Below, piece after piece: positions 1-9,677 of a DNA stretch of 64,000 nucleotides. The position numbers and the translations under genes are program-made. The notes below the pieces were generated by a model, which was not told the DNA's origin, searched no databases, and saw nothing but the letters and a program-made list of their open reading frames with translations. The stretch lies in NCBI GenBank assembly GCA_963808235.1, contig CAWEEQ010000004.1, forward strand, positions 2,944,001-3,008,000, given 5' to 3'. Within the stretch, counting starts at the first letter, position 1, and each line of letters starts with the position of its first letter. This stretch comes from an uncultured delta proteobacterium. GTDB taxonomy: Bacteria > Desulfobacterota > Binatia > Binatales > Binataceae.

Positions 1-233
1 CGATTGGTCATCCGTGTCTCGGCGATCGCGTCTATGGCGGGGCGAAACTCGATGACGCCGGACACTTCGAGCGGCAGGCGCTGCATGCGCTTGCGCTTTC
101 GATCACCCATCCGCGATCCCGCGAGCATCTCGAATTCCTCGCGCCGCTGCCGGCGGATTTCGTCGCGTTTCTCGCTGATAACTCGAGCGGCGTCGAGCCT
201 GCCGAGCTTCGCCACTGGATAGAGGTGGATTGA
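1..233 (+). CDS. RluA/RluD-family pseudouridine synthase, 3' end (partial)
   Basis: Manual translation from base 3 gives IGHPCLGDRVYGG...RQALHALALSITHP...LEFLAPLPADF...*, the typical RluA/D C-terminal motifs. Not in the ORF track. Confidence 0.85.
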   Translation, partial: IGHPCLGDRVYGGAKLDDAGHFERQALHALALSITHPRSREHLEFLAPLPADFVAFLADNSSGVEPAELRHWIEVD

Positions 234-238
234 CCTCG

Positions 239-267
239 TTGACAACGCCGGTATGCGCGGGTAGCGT
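239..267 (+). promoter_or_regulatory. sigma70-type promoter for rho
   Basis: TTGACA (239-244), 17 bp spacer, TAGCGT (262-267). Followed by a ~265 nt leader before rho. Confidence 0.6.
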
Positions 268-535
268 TTTGATTGAGCTTCCGCACTGAGGACGCTGAGA
301 CGGGTGGGTGGTGACAGAATCCCGGCTCCCGGCGGTCCGATTTTCGAGCCCAAGGCCTCGTTCCGAATCCCGACCGCTTGGGCATCAATGAATCACTAAT
401 GGTTTCTCTCGTCACGAGAGAGTTCGCGAGATTATCTGGATCGTCAAACGCACTTAACCTGCGCCGCAGCCCGACCAGGGCCGCAAGGGTCGCAGCATTC
501 AGATCAAGATGGAGTCAAGGTTGCGGGGAAGGCAT

Positions 536-1927
536 ATGAGCAAGGGCAGAGGAGTTGCGAAGAGCGACGAGGGTCGCTTCGACGACGCGCGTTCATCCAA
601 CGGAGCGCCGCGCCAGGTGAACCTGGATGGAAATCCGAATCTTCCGCCGCCGGCGCCGGTGTTCAGCGACGATGGGGTCCTCAACCTCAAATCGCTCAAA
701 CGCGCGAAGATAACCGAGCTGGCGCAGATGGCGCGCGAGTTGAACGTCGACAACGCCCCCAACATGCGCAAGCAGGAGATGATCTTCGCGATCCTGCAGG
801 CGCAGGCCGCCAAGAACGGCTCGATCCTCGGCGAGGGCGTGCTCGAAATCCTCCCCGACGGCTTCGGCTTCCTGCGCGCCCCCGACTACAACTACCTGCC
901 CGGTCCCGACGACATCTACATCTCGCCGAGTCAGATCCGGAAGTTCAATCTGCGCACGGGCGACGTGGTTTCCGGGTTGATCCGACCACCGAAGGAAGGC
1001 GAGCGCTACTTCGCGCTGCTCAAGGTTGAATCGATCAACTACGAGGATCCCGAAAAGGCACGCGACAAAATTCTCTTCGACAACCTGACCCCGCTCTACC
1101 CCGAAGAACGCATCAAGCTCGAATACAATCACGAGGATTTGACCACCCGCATAATCGATTTGGTCGCGCCGATCGGCAAGGGCCAGCGCGGGCTTATCGT
1201 CGCGGCGCCGTTCACCGGCAAAACGATGATGCTACAGGCGATCGCGAAAGCGATCGCGCACAACCATCCCGAGATCGTGCTGATCGTGCTGCTCGTCGAC
1301 GAACGCCCCGAGGAAGTTACCGACATGCTCCGCTCGGTGCAGGGGGAGGTCGTAAGCTCCACCTTCGACGAGCCCGCCACCCGCCACGTGCAGGTCGCCG
1401 AGATGGTAATCGAAAAAGCGCGCCGCCTCGTCGAGCACGGACGCAACGTCGTGATCCTGCTCGATTCGATCACTCGTCTCGCCCGCGCCTACAACACCGT
1501 GGTCCCGCCGTCGGGCAAGATTCTCTCCGGCGGCGTCGATTCCAACGCGCTGCACAAGCCGAAGAAGTTTTTCGGCGCCGCGCGCAACACCGAAGACGGC
1601 GGCAGCCTGACCATTATCGCGACCGCGCTGGTCGATACCGGCAGCCGGATGGACGAAGTGATTTTCGAAGAGTTCAAGGGCACCGGCAATCAGCAGATCG
1701 CGCTCGATCGCCGACTCCTGGAAAAACGCATTTTCCCAACTATCGATATCCAGCGCTCGACGACCCGCAAGGAAGAGCTGCTGCTGCCGCGCGCCACTCT
1801 CAATCGCGTCTGGATTCTGCGCAAGCTCCTGACCCAGCTCAACGCCGTCGAGGCGATGGAATTCCTCATCGACAAGATGGACAAGACCAAGACCAACGAG
1901 GAGTTCCTCGAATCGATGAACGCATAG
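536..1927 (+). CDS. rho: transcription termination factor Rho
   Basis: [43 protein letters not shown] and EEFKGTGN motifs. ATG 536 follows GGGGAAGG; alternative start at 509. Confidence 0.98.
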   Translation: MSKGRGVAKSDEGRFDDARSSNGAPRQVNLDGNPNLPPPAPVFSDDGVLNLKSLKRAKITELAQMARELNVDNAPNMRKQEMIFAILQAQAAKNGSILGEGVLEILPDGFGFLRAPDYNYLPGPDDIYISPSQIRKFNLRTGDVVSGLIRPPKEGERYFALLKVESINYEDPEKARDKILFDNLTPLYPEERIKLEYNHEDLTTRIIDLVAPIGKGQRGLIVAAPFTGKTMMLQAIAKAIAHNHPEIVLIVLLVDERPEEVTDMLRSVQGEVVSSTFDEPATRHVQVAEMVIEKARRLVEHGRNVVILLDSITRLARAYNTVVPPSGKILSGGVDSNALHKPKKFFGAARNTEDGGSLTIIATALVDTGSRMDEVIFEEFKGTGNQQIALDRRLLEKRIFPTIDIQRSTTRKEELLLPRATLNRVWILRKLLTQLNAVEAMEFLIDKMDKTKTNEEFLESMNA

Positions 1928-1997
1928 GGGGCGCAACTTTCATTTGATCGCCACCCCGGAAGGCGTATAACTGCGAAAACCCTGCCAGGTGGGGAAC

Positions 1998-2318
1998 GTG
2001 AAACGCCGCCACGCCGCTGCGCTCGCAATTGTGGGCTGGTATCTGATGATGCCGCCCGACTCCGCCAAAATCCCTCATTCGGTCGATTCGAGGGCGCCGC
2101 TCTCGCGCTGGATGATCGTCGCCACCTTCGACACTTCGGAAGCCTGCGAAAAGGCGCTCGCCGACATTCAAAGCAAGGAACGCGACCCGAGCGAACTCGA
2201 TACCACCGGGAAGCTCCGGCGCCTGAAGAAAGACCCGCCCGATCCTGCGTTGGGAATTTCGCGAGCGGTTAACTCCGGATGCGTCGAGAGCGACGATTTC
2301 CGCCTTAAGAAGAAATAG
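1998..2318 (+). CDS. small exported protein, 'VGWYL...DDxRL' family, copy 1
   Basis: GTG start after GGGGAA. N-terminus MKRRHAAALAIVGWYLMMPP, C-terminus CVESDDFRLKKK. Paralogous to 7109-7417 and 19010-19285. Confidence 0.8.
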   Translation: MKRRHAAALAIVGWYLMMPPDSAKIPHSVDSRAPLSRWMIVATFDTSEACEKALADIQSKERDPSELDTTGKLRRLKKDPPDPALGISRAVNSGCVESDDFRLKKK

Positions 2319-2340
2319 CCGACCGCGATACCCCCTCCGG

Positions 2341-2368
2341 TTGTCACTCTGAGGCCGCTTGATATAAT
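2341..2368 (+). promoter_or_regulatory. sigma70-type promoter (extended -10)
   Basis: TTGTCA, 16 bp spacer, TATAAT preceded by TGn; about 70 bp upstream of the hydrolase gene. Confidence 0.65.
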
Positions 2369-2436
2369 CGCCGCGAAGTCTAAGGGCCCGAAACAATAGC
2401 ACCGGACTGGTGATAGCTGGCGGAGACCGGGCGTTC

Positions 2437-4367
2437 ATGGAAGCTCAAACCAAGTACGCCAAGAGTGGCGATGTTCACATCGCGTACCGCGTCTTCGGCA
2501 GCGGCCCGCGCGACATCATACTGGTGCCGGGCACCGTGTCGCACGTCGAGCTCTACTGGGAGCTGCCCGCCAACCAGTATCTGCTGAAACGGCTCACCTC
2601 TTTTTCACGCGTAATCGTTTTCGACAAGCGCGGTCAGGGTCTCTCCGATCGGGTCGCCGACCAGACGCTCGAGGAGCGGGTCGGCGACGTGCTCGCCGTA
2701 ATGGACGCGGCCGGCTCCAATCGCGCCACCATCTACGGCTGGTCGGAAGGCGGTCAGATGTCGCTGAAGTTCGCCGCGACCTGTCCCGAGCGAGTCTCCG
2801 GCCTCGTCTTGTACGGCACCTATGCGTCGATCAAGCCGGCTCCGTGGGCCGTGAGTCCGGAGCGGTTCGAGCAATTCCTCGGGGCGCTGGAAGCCCACTG
2901 GGGTGAAGGCATCCTGGTCCGTCTTAATGCGCCCAGCCGCGCGAATGATAAGGCATTTATGAAATGGTTCGGACGACTCGAGCGCGCGGTCGCGAGTCCG
3001 AGCACGATCCTCGCCCTGATGCGCGCGAATTACGAAATCGACGTCGGCCATCTTCTCCCATCGATCCAGGTGCCGACCCTGATCCTCCATCGCATTGGCG
3101 ACTCGCTCGTTCCGGTCGAATGCGGGCGCTACCTGGCTCGTAATATCCCCGGCGCCAAATACGTCGAGCTAACCGGCGACGACCATCTGCTCCAGGCCAT
3201 GGATCAAGACGTGCTGGATATCCTTCTCGACAGTATCGAGGAATTCGTGACCGGCCGATGCCATCGCGCGGAGCAGGACCCAATCCTCTCCACGGAAGTA
3301 TCCGCCGACACGCTCGACTCCGCGACGCACGCCGCCCCAGCCATGGCCCGCGCGGATTGGGGAAGTCCAAACGAGGCCATCGCCGAACTCGAAAGATGCC
3401 GTGAGATTCTAGCTTCCGCAGAGGACGGGCGCGGGCTTGCCGCAGTGGTCGCGCGCGCTGAAGCGGTTGCCGCTGCGGCACGAGGTTCGTGGGAGGAATC
3501 GGAAGCACAATTCATCAAGGCCGCAGAGACCTTTCGACGCCTTGGTATGGTCTGGCAGGAGGCGCAGACGTTTCAAAGTTGGGGCCACGCCTTGCGCGCC
3601 GGCGTCGATCGTCACGCGGCGATCGAAAAGCTCGACAAGGCAATCGAGATCTATCGCAAGCACGGCGCGGATCAGAGTTGGATCGACAACGTCAAGGGCA
3701 ACTTCGCGCGCACTGACGGTACCAATGGTTCATCTGGAGCGCGCGCAGAAATCCCAAAACGGCCCGCCGCGCCCGAGGCAGTGTTTCGTCGCGAAGGCGA
3801 CTATTGGACGGTGACATGGGATGGGAACGTGGTCCGCCTCAAGGACGCCAAGGGCCTTCACTACATCTCCTACTTGCTCGCCAATCCCGGCCGGATGATC
3901 CTGGCCTGCGAACTCGCCGCAACTGGAAAGTCAAACGGCAGCGATCGTGGCGGCAACCGTCGTGATTCGATCGATCCGCTCGGCACCGCGCCAGACCTCG
4001 GCGATGCCGGCGCGATGCTCGACGCGAAGGCCCGCCTGCAATATCGCGCCCGCATCAGCGAGCTCGGCGAGGAAGTGGCGCAAGCCGCTCAGCTCAACGA
4101 CACCTTGCGCGCGTCACACCTGCGCTCCGAGCTGGAGTCGCTTCGCGAGCAGATTGTCGCCGCAGTCGGGCTCGGCGGACGAAACCGCAAGGCTGCGTCG
4201 CATCTGAACGGGCGCGCCTGATGGTGACCAAGGCAATCAAGGCCGCGATTGCGAAGATCCGCTCGAGCGACCCTGTGCTCGGCCGCTATCTCGCGACGTC
4301 CATCAAGACCGGCAACTGCTGCGCCTACGATCCCGGCCCTGACGCTCCCATCGCCTGGCAGTTGTAG
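2437..4367 (+). CDS. alpha/beta hydrolase fused to a TPR-like region and putative DNA-binding C-terminal domain (frameshift near 4203)
   Basis: YAKSGDVHIAY, FDKRGQGLSD and GWSEGG nucleophile motif. C-terminus FRREGDYWTV...KGLHYISYLLANPG...AVGLGGR continues in another frame as ERARLMVTKAIKAAI...SIKTGNCCAYDP...WQL* to 4367. Confidence 0.8.
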
Positions 4368-4557
4368 GACTCCGCGCGCCACGATTCGGCCCGCGCTTTT
4401 ATTTGTGCCGAGCGTCGGCACATCGTTCCCGTATTTTTCACGCTTCTAATGTTAGGAAGATTCGCTTTACCGGGCGGGAATAAGACCTGCCTTCGTGAAT
4501 CGCGGCAATGGTCTCGCGTTCGCACCGCTGGAAGCGCCTAACAGGGAGGAAGTAGTA

Positions 4558-5106
4558 ATGAAAAAAGTAGCGGCTCTGACTTTGCTGGCTGGGTGCATGA
4601 TCTTGGCCGGCGCGCACCCACGCGATCGCGCAGCCAGGACTCCACCGAGCCTCGCCCAGGTCGTGGTATTGGACGAATGCGATCCGACCACGTTCAACGC
4701 GGCGATTGGCCCTGACTTTTGCAAGAACGTCACGCTTGGAGCGTTTACCACGTTGTCCGATCTATTTGCAGGTGCGGAGGCTGGAACCCCCGATCCGGGC
4801 TGGGACTTCGAACCCGACACTTTGACGATCAAGCAGGGGACCATCGTTTCCGTGGTCGACCAGGGCGGTGAGCCTCACACCTTTACCGAAGTGAAAGCGT
4901 TCGGCAACGGATTCCTGCCGCCGCTCAACCCAGGCAGTGCGACGAGCGTTATCCCGGAATGCGCGGGCGGCTTTTCCACCGTCGCCGTGGCCAGGACCCG
5001 AATTCTTCAAGGCAGTCATCTCGATGTCGTCGGTCTCTCGAAGGGAAAGCATCTGTTCCAGTGCTGCATCCATCCCTGGATGCGCATGGAAGTCGACGTG
5101 AAGTAA
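4558..5106 (+). CDS. exported cupredoxin (type 1 copper) domain protein
   Basis: Signal-like N-terminus after GGGAGGA; GEPHTFT and CCIHPWM copper-ligand pattern. Confidence 0.8.
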   Translation: MKKVAALTLLAGCMILAGAHPRDRAARTPPSLAQVVVLDECDPTTFNAAIGPDFCKNVTLGAFTTLSDLFAGAEAGTPDPGWDFEPDTLTIKQGTIVSVVDQGGEPHTFTEVKAFGNGFLPPLNPGSATSVIPECAGGFSTVAVARTRILQGSHLDVVGLSKGKHLFQCCIHPWMRMEVDVK

Positions 5107-5236
5107 TCCGCACCGGAATGCACTCGCGTCTGAGGTGTTTGGAACAACCGGGCTCTCGATGGAGCCCGGTTGAATTAAGCGACATTTTGTATTACAGCGA
5201 GATTCGATAGAGACATTCCCGTGGGAGGGAAAGCAG

Positions 5237-6766
5237 ATGCGTCTGGGCCAAGTTGTCGGCTGTGGCGTGATTCTGTGCTTGGGGACCTTCTCCGCTAGCG
5301 TGTCGGCGCAATCGGATCCGCCCGGGATTCCCAAATGGGCTGCCGAAGTCCATCGGCTCGCCATGAAGGTTCATGACACCGGCCCCGCGAGCGATTCGAC
5401 GGGAATCTTTCCTTCTGTAATCCCGCAAGCCCTCCCTAATCCCGATCCCACCGGCGTGGTCGAGACCTTCAACACCGGCGCGCCAACCGACACCTCGTCC
5501 AATCCATTCTTCCAGAGTCTCGGGACCAACGGGCGCGCCTGCGCCACCTGCCATGAACCCCGCAGCGCATGGGGCGTCAGCGCAGCTTCCATTCAACAGC
5601 GTTTTGACGAAAGCAACGGCACCGATCCGATTTTCCGTCTGGTCGACGGCGCGACCTGTCCGAGCGATGACGTTAGCTCGCTCGCGGCGGAACGCGACGC
5701 GTACAAACTCCTGCTATCCAAAGGCCTGATCCGTATCTTCCTGCCGCTGCCCGCAACTCAACTCGGAACCGCGACACCCAGGGACTATGAAATCACCTCG
5801 GTCACCGATCCTTACGGTTGCACCACTCTGTCTTCGATCCCGCCGGTTATCTCGGTTTACCGGCGCCCGCTGCCATCGGCGAATCTGCGCTTCCTGATTG
5901 GTTGCCCGCCGGGTCAGACCACGTGCGCGCCGCTATCGATCATGTGGGATGGACGAGAGCCGTCGCTGCAAAGCCAGTCAATCGACGCAACGCTCGGCCA
6001 TGCGCAAGCGACGAGCAAACCCAGCGACCCACAAGTCGCGCAGATCGTGGCCTTTGAAACCGGCATCTTCGACGCGCAGGAATTCGACAACGACGCGGGT
6101 ACTCTCCATGCACGACAGGCAAGCGGCGGACCGGCGGCGCTCTCGCAGCAGCAATTCTTCATCGGAATCAACGACTCTCTCTCTCCCGGATTCACCTCCG
6201 ACATTTTCACCCTCTACGATCCATGGGAGAACCTCCCGCCGGACGGCCGCAACGCGGCACGCGCGTCCGTAGCGCGCGGAGAGATTTTGTTCGACACCAA
6301 GCCGATCACCATCAGCGGCGTGAACGGGCTCAACTTGTTTGCGAGCGATCCGCTCGGCGCGAACACGATCGTCGGTACCTGCGGCACCTGCCATGATTCG
6401 CCCAACGTCGGCAACCATTCGAAGAAGCTCGCGCTCAATATCGGGATCGCGGACGCGACTCCGCCGGTGCTCGACGTTTCCGGTTTGCCGGTTTTCACGG
6501 TGCAATGTACCGAGACCACCGGTCCGCTCAAGGGGCAGACGTTTACCGTGACCGATCTGGGCAAAGCGCTTATCAGCGGGAGTTGCGCGGATGTCGGAAA
6601 GGTGAAGGGACCTATTCTGCGCGGACTCTCCGCGCGTGCGCCCTATTTCCACAACGGCTCCGCCGCCACCTTCGACAACGTCGTGAATTTCTACGACCAG
6701 CGCTTCGGAATTGGTTTTACAGATCAGGAGAAGGCAGACCTGATAGCGTTCCTGCAGACGCTGTGA
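5237..6766 (+). CDS. exported di-heme cytochrome c peroxidase/MauG-superfamily protein
   Basis: Signal peptide, two CxxCH motifs (CATCH, CGTCH), MWDGRE, LRGLSARAPYFHNGS, EKADLIAFLQTL. Confidence 0.85.
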   Translation: MRLGQVVGCGVILCLGTFSASVSAQSDPPGIPKWAAEVHRLAMKVHDTGPASDSTGIFPSVIPQALPNPDPTGVVETFNTGAPTDTSSNPFFQSLGTNGRACATCHEPRSAWGVSAASIQQRFDESNGTDPIFRLVDGATCPSDDVSSLAAERDAYKLLLSKGLIRIFLPLPATQLGTATPRDYEITSVTDPYGCTTLSSIPPVISVYRRPLPSANLRFLIGCPPGQTTCAPLSIMWDGREPSLQSQSIDATLGHAQATSKPSDPQVAQIVAFETGIFDAQEFDNDAGTLHARQASGGPAALSQQQFFIGINDSLSPGFTSDIFTLYDPWENLPPDGRNAARASVARGEILFDTKPITISGVNGLNLFASDPLGANTIVGTCGTCHDSPNVGNHSKKLALNIGIADATPPVLDVSGLPVFTVQCTETTGPLKGQTFTVTDLGKALISGSCADVGKVKGPILRGLSARAPYFHNGSAATFDNVVNFYDQRFGIGFTDQEKADLIAFLQTL

Positions 6767-6881
6767 GCAACGACCGGAATTCCTGAAACCCAGGCACTTC
6801 CGGCGCAAAGAAAAAAATGGTCTGAAGGTAAATGTCGGGTAATAATAGTAAGAGCACAACCGCTGCCTGGAGGACCTTCCC

Positions 6882-7022
6882 ATGTCGCCACTCATTCTGA
6901 TCTTGATCCTGTTGCTACTCTTCGGCGGTGGCGGTGGTTATTACGCCTACGGACCCGCCGGCGGAATCGGCATCGGCGGAATTATTCTGATCATCCTGAT
7001 CGTGATGCTGGTCAGAAGGTAG
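6882..7022 (+). CDS. 46-aa glycine-rich small membrane protein (DUF3309-like)
   Basis: GGAGGA RBS; MSPLILILILLLLFGGGGGYYAYGPAGGIGIGGIILIILIVMLVRR*. Below the ORF-track size cutoff. Confidence 0.8.
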   Translation: MSPLILILILLLLFGGGGGYYAYGPAGGIGIGGIILIILIVMLVRR

Positions 7023-7108
7023 TCAAGCTTCGAGAAGCACTGCTGACTGCTTCCCTCGCCCGTCTGCTCGATAAGTGAGGGGACATCCGTGCGGCGCGTT
7101 CTCCGAGC

Positions 7109-7417
7109 TTAGTGCGGAGGCGGTGGCGGGTGATGCGGATGGCCCGGCCCTTCCTCGAGGCCGGGATCGTCGGTAGCGATACAAACCGCAAAGAGTACCG
7201 ATTGCAGGCCGGGTTCCGCGGACTCGCTTTTGGTAGCCGAATCGGCGGCGCGCTTCTTTACCGATGCGCGTTCCGCCTCGCATTCCTTGGCGGAATCAAA
7301 ACTCGACAAGATCTGCCAGCGGCGAAGCCCTTCAGTTTCACCGGGCGGAGACCCAGGCGGCGGAACCATCAGGTACCATCCCACAAGCGCAAGCGCAGCG
7401 GTATGCCGAATTTTCAT
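7109..7417 (-). CDS. small exported protein, 'VGWYL...DDxxL' family, copy 2
   Basis: MKIRHTAALALVGWYLMVPP...FDSAKECE...CIATDDPGLEEG plus a His/Pro tail. Confidence 0.8.
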   Translation of the reverse strand: MKIRHTAALALVGWYLMVPPPGSPPGETEGLRRWQILSSFDSAKECEAERASVKKRAADSATKSESAEPGLQSVLFAVCIATDDPGLEEGPGHPHHPPPPPH

Positions 7418-7460
7418 GGCGATGTTCCTACCACACTCATCGCCCGTCTGGGAACGCCCG

Positions 7461-7521
7461 CCCTAATAGCCTCGCCCTGACAGGGAGAGGCCGACGCTCG
7501 TCCCCGAGCGGCGGGTGAGGG
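7461..7521. repeat. REP-like palindromic element
   Basis: CCTCGCCCTGACAGGGAGAGG hairpin followed by CGCTCG..CGAGCG and GGGTGAGGG, a typical GC-rich REP layout. Confidence 0.6.
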
Positions 7522-7568
7522 TCCGCATTCCAAATTCCGCGCACACTAAACGTCATGCAAAGCTCTGA

Positions 7569-7969
7569 GTCGACGCATCGATCGCATTGAACTACGCCCA
7601 ATACAATTTCGTGCGGATTCACCGGACGCTGAGGATGACGCCCGCGATGGCCGCTGGCGTAACGGATCGGCTATGGTCCGTCGAGGATCTATTGGGGGCG
7701 GTTATATGACGGAAAGACAATTGTTCGGGGTGGTTGTTCGAGCGTTCGGCCTTTGGTCTATCGTTCTCGGTGTCTCCGCGATCCACGGGATCATACAGAT
7801 TTTCGGCGTTCGAACGATAAATAACTTTGATTGGCAACCGGCAGTTGCGTTTGCAGCCCTCTATCTTGCTGCCGGTCTTGTCGTACTGCGAAAGTCGGAA
7901 ATGATCGTGCAATTCGCTTACGTAACGGAAGGCTCCAGACCCCCTGGCAATTCAAATTAGGGTGCCACC
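7569..7969 (+). mobile_element. IS1-family-like element remnant: transposase 3' end, passenger ORF and putative right end
   Basis: 7569-7709 translates ALNYAQYNFVRIHRTLRMTPAMAAGVTDRLWSVEDLL*, which I recognise as the C-terminus of single-ORF IS1-like DDE transposases. TTCAAATTAGGGTGCCACC at 7951-7969 is the candidate end. Confidence 0.7.
7706..7960 (+). CDS. small two-TM membrane protein (putative IS passenger)
   Basis: ATG overlaps the transposase-fragment stop (ATGA). Two hydrophobic stretches; looks less GC-rich than flanking genes; stop codon lies inside the candidate IS end. Confidence 0.65.
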   Translation: MTERQLFGVVVRAFGLWSIVLGVSAIHGIIQIFGVRTINNFDWQPAVAFAALYLAAGLVVLRKSEMIVQFAYVTEGSRPPGNSN

Positions 7970-8049
7970 CGCCGATTCATGGGGCTAGCCCCTTCCATCA
8001 CGGCCTGATATTTTGGGTGGATCACTAAGAGGCGCAGGAACAAAATTCT

Positions 8050-8835
8050 ATGACTGAAATCTCCATGAAGCAGCTGCTCGAGGCCGGCGTCCATTTCGGC
8101 CATCAGACCAGCCGCTGGAACCCGAAGATGAAGCAATACATCTTCGGCGCACGCAACGGAATTTACATCATCGATCTTCAGCAGACCGTCAAGATGTTTC
8201 GCGCGACCTTCGATTTCGCACGCGACGTCGCCGCCGCCGGCGGCACGATGCTGTTCGTTGGGACCAAGAAGCAGGCCCAGGACATCGTCAAAGAGGAAGC
8301 CGAACGCTGCGGGATGTTCTACGTCAACAACCGATGGCTCGGCGGGATGCTGACCAACTTCCAGACTATCCGCGCCTCGATCGAGCGGCTCAAGAAGCTC
8401 GAAGAGGTGATGGCCGATCCGGAGATGATCCGCGCGCTCACCAAAAAAGAAATGAGCGACAACGCGCGCGATCACGAAAAACTGATGAGCAACCTGGCCG
8501 GGATCAAAAATATGCGCAAGCTCCCGGACGCGCTCTGGGTTATCGACACCAAGAAGGAAGATATCGCGGTCGCCGAAGCGAACCGGCTCGGTATCCCGGT
8601 CGCGGCGGTGGTCGATACCAACTGCGACCCCGATCTGATCGCTTATCGAATTCCCGGCAACGACGACGCGATCCGCGCAATCAAGTTGTTCACGGCGGCG
8701 GTCGCCGACGCGATTATCGAGGGCAAGCAAATCGCCGAAGAGCGCGCCAAGGGACAGCGCGACGGGGGCTCTGACTCGGGCGCCTCGAACGGCAGCGGCG
8801 CAAACGCGCCGGCGCCCGAATCGCCAAGCGTCTAA
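8050..8835 (+). CDS. rpsB: 30S ribosomal protein S2
   Basis: [32 protein letters not shown]. Confidence 0.99.
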   Translation: MTEISMKQLLEAGVHFGHQTSRWNPKMKQYIFGARNGIYIIDLQQTVKMFRATFDFARDVAAAGGTMLFVGTKKQAQDIVKEEAERCGMFYVNNRWLGGMLTNFQTIRASIERLKKLEEVMADPEMIRALTKKEMSDNARDHEKLMSNLAGIKNMRKLPDALWVIDTKKEDIAVAEANRLGIPVAAVVDTNCDPDLIAYRIPGNDDAIRAIKLFTAAVADAIIEGKQIAEERAKGQRDGGSDSGASNGSGANAPAPESPSV

Positions 8836-8854
8836 GCTCTCGCGGTGCTAGCTG

Positions 8855-8911
8855 AATTGGTTCCCCACGCGCCGGGGGCGATTCCCTCGAGGGAAGGGGT
8901 TAGGGTCAGGT
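8855..8911. repeat. REP-like repeat, copy A (upstream of tsf)
   Basis: GCGATTCCCTCGAGGGAAGGGGTTAGG; nearly identical to 9626-9675 and related to 41600-41641. Confidence 0.7.
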
Positions 8912-8979
8912 AAGCGGAGCGCGATGGCCTTGCCTAAGACCGACTTCACAAACAATACTGGTCACGCTTAGGAATTCCG

Positions 8980-9594
8980 ATGGAAGTAAATTCGAATCTG
9001 GTTAAGGAACTGCGCGAAAAGACCGGCGCCGGCGTGATGGATTGCAAGAAGGCGCTCGCCGACGCCGCCGGCGATCTCGAAAAGGCGGTCGCCGCGTTGC
9101 GCGAAAAGGGAATGGCGGCGGTGGCCGGCCGCGAGGACCGCGTCGCATCCGAAGGATCGGTCGGTTCGTATATACATGCGGGCGGAAAGATTGGGGTGCT
9201 GATCGAAGTCAATTGCGAAACCGACTTCTGCGCGAAATCCGAAGCGTTCCAGGCGCTGGTGAAGAACCTCGCGATGCAGGTGGTGGGGTCGAGTCCGCGC
9301 TGCGTCCGCCGCGAGGAGATTCCCCCCGCCGTCATCGAGCAGGAGCGCCAGATCTTCGCCTCGCAGGCCGAAGGCAAGCCGCCCGCGGTGGTCGCCAAGA
9401 TCGTCGAGGGCAAGCTCGAGAAGTTTTTCAAGGAATCGTGCCTGCTCGAGCAGCCCTACGTGAAGGATCCAAACAAGACGGTGAACGACTTGCTGGTCGA
9501 GGCCGCGCTCCAGATGCGCGAGAAAATAGCGGTGCGCCGATTCGCCCGCTTCCAGTTGGGCGAAGCGCTCGAGGCCAAGTCCGGACCGGCCTAG
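8980..9594 (+). CDS. tsf: elongation factor Ts (short form)
   Basis: VKELREKTGAGVMDCKKAL, EVNCETDF, RRFARFQLGE. Confidence 0.98.
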   Translation: MEVNSNLVKELREKTGAGVMDCKKALADAAGDLEKAVAALREKGMAAVAGREDRVASEGSVGSYIHAGGKIGVLIEVNCETDFCAKSEAFQALVKNLAMQVVGSSPRCVRREEIPPAVIEQERQIFASQAEGKPPAVVAKIVEGKLEKFFKESCLLEQPYVKDPNKTVNDLLVEAALQMREKIAVRRFARFQLGEALEAKSGPA

Positions 9595-9625
9595 AGATGG
9601 AAGCGGCGGAACCACCCCCCCACGC

Positions 9626-9675
9626 AATTGTTCCGCCCGCGCCGGGCGCGATTCCCTCAAGGGAAGGGGTTAGGT
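9626..9675. repeat. REP-like repeat, copy B (downstream of tsf)
   Basis: GCGATTCCCTCAAGGGAAGGGGTTAGG, ending just before the pyrH ATG. Confidence 0.7.
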
Positions 9676-9677
9676 AA

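Noticed and set aside
32-415. 127-aa minus-strand ORF at the window start
   Set aside because: Overlaps the better-supported plus-strand RluA/D C-terminus and the rho promoter.
1998-2318. WYL-domain regulator
   Set aside because: The WYL letters lie in a signal-peptide-like N-terminus of a ~100 aa protein; no WYL-domain or HTH context.
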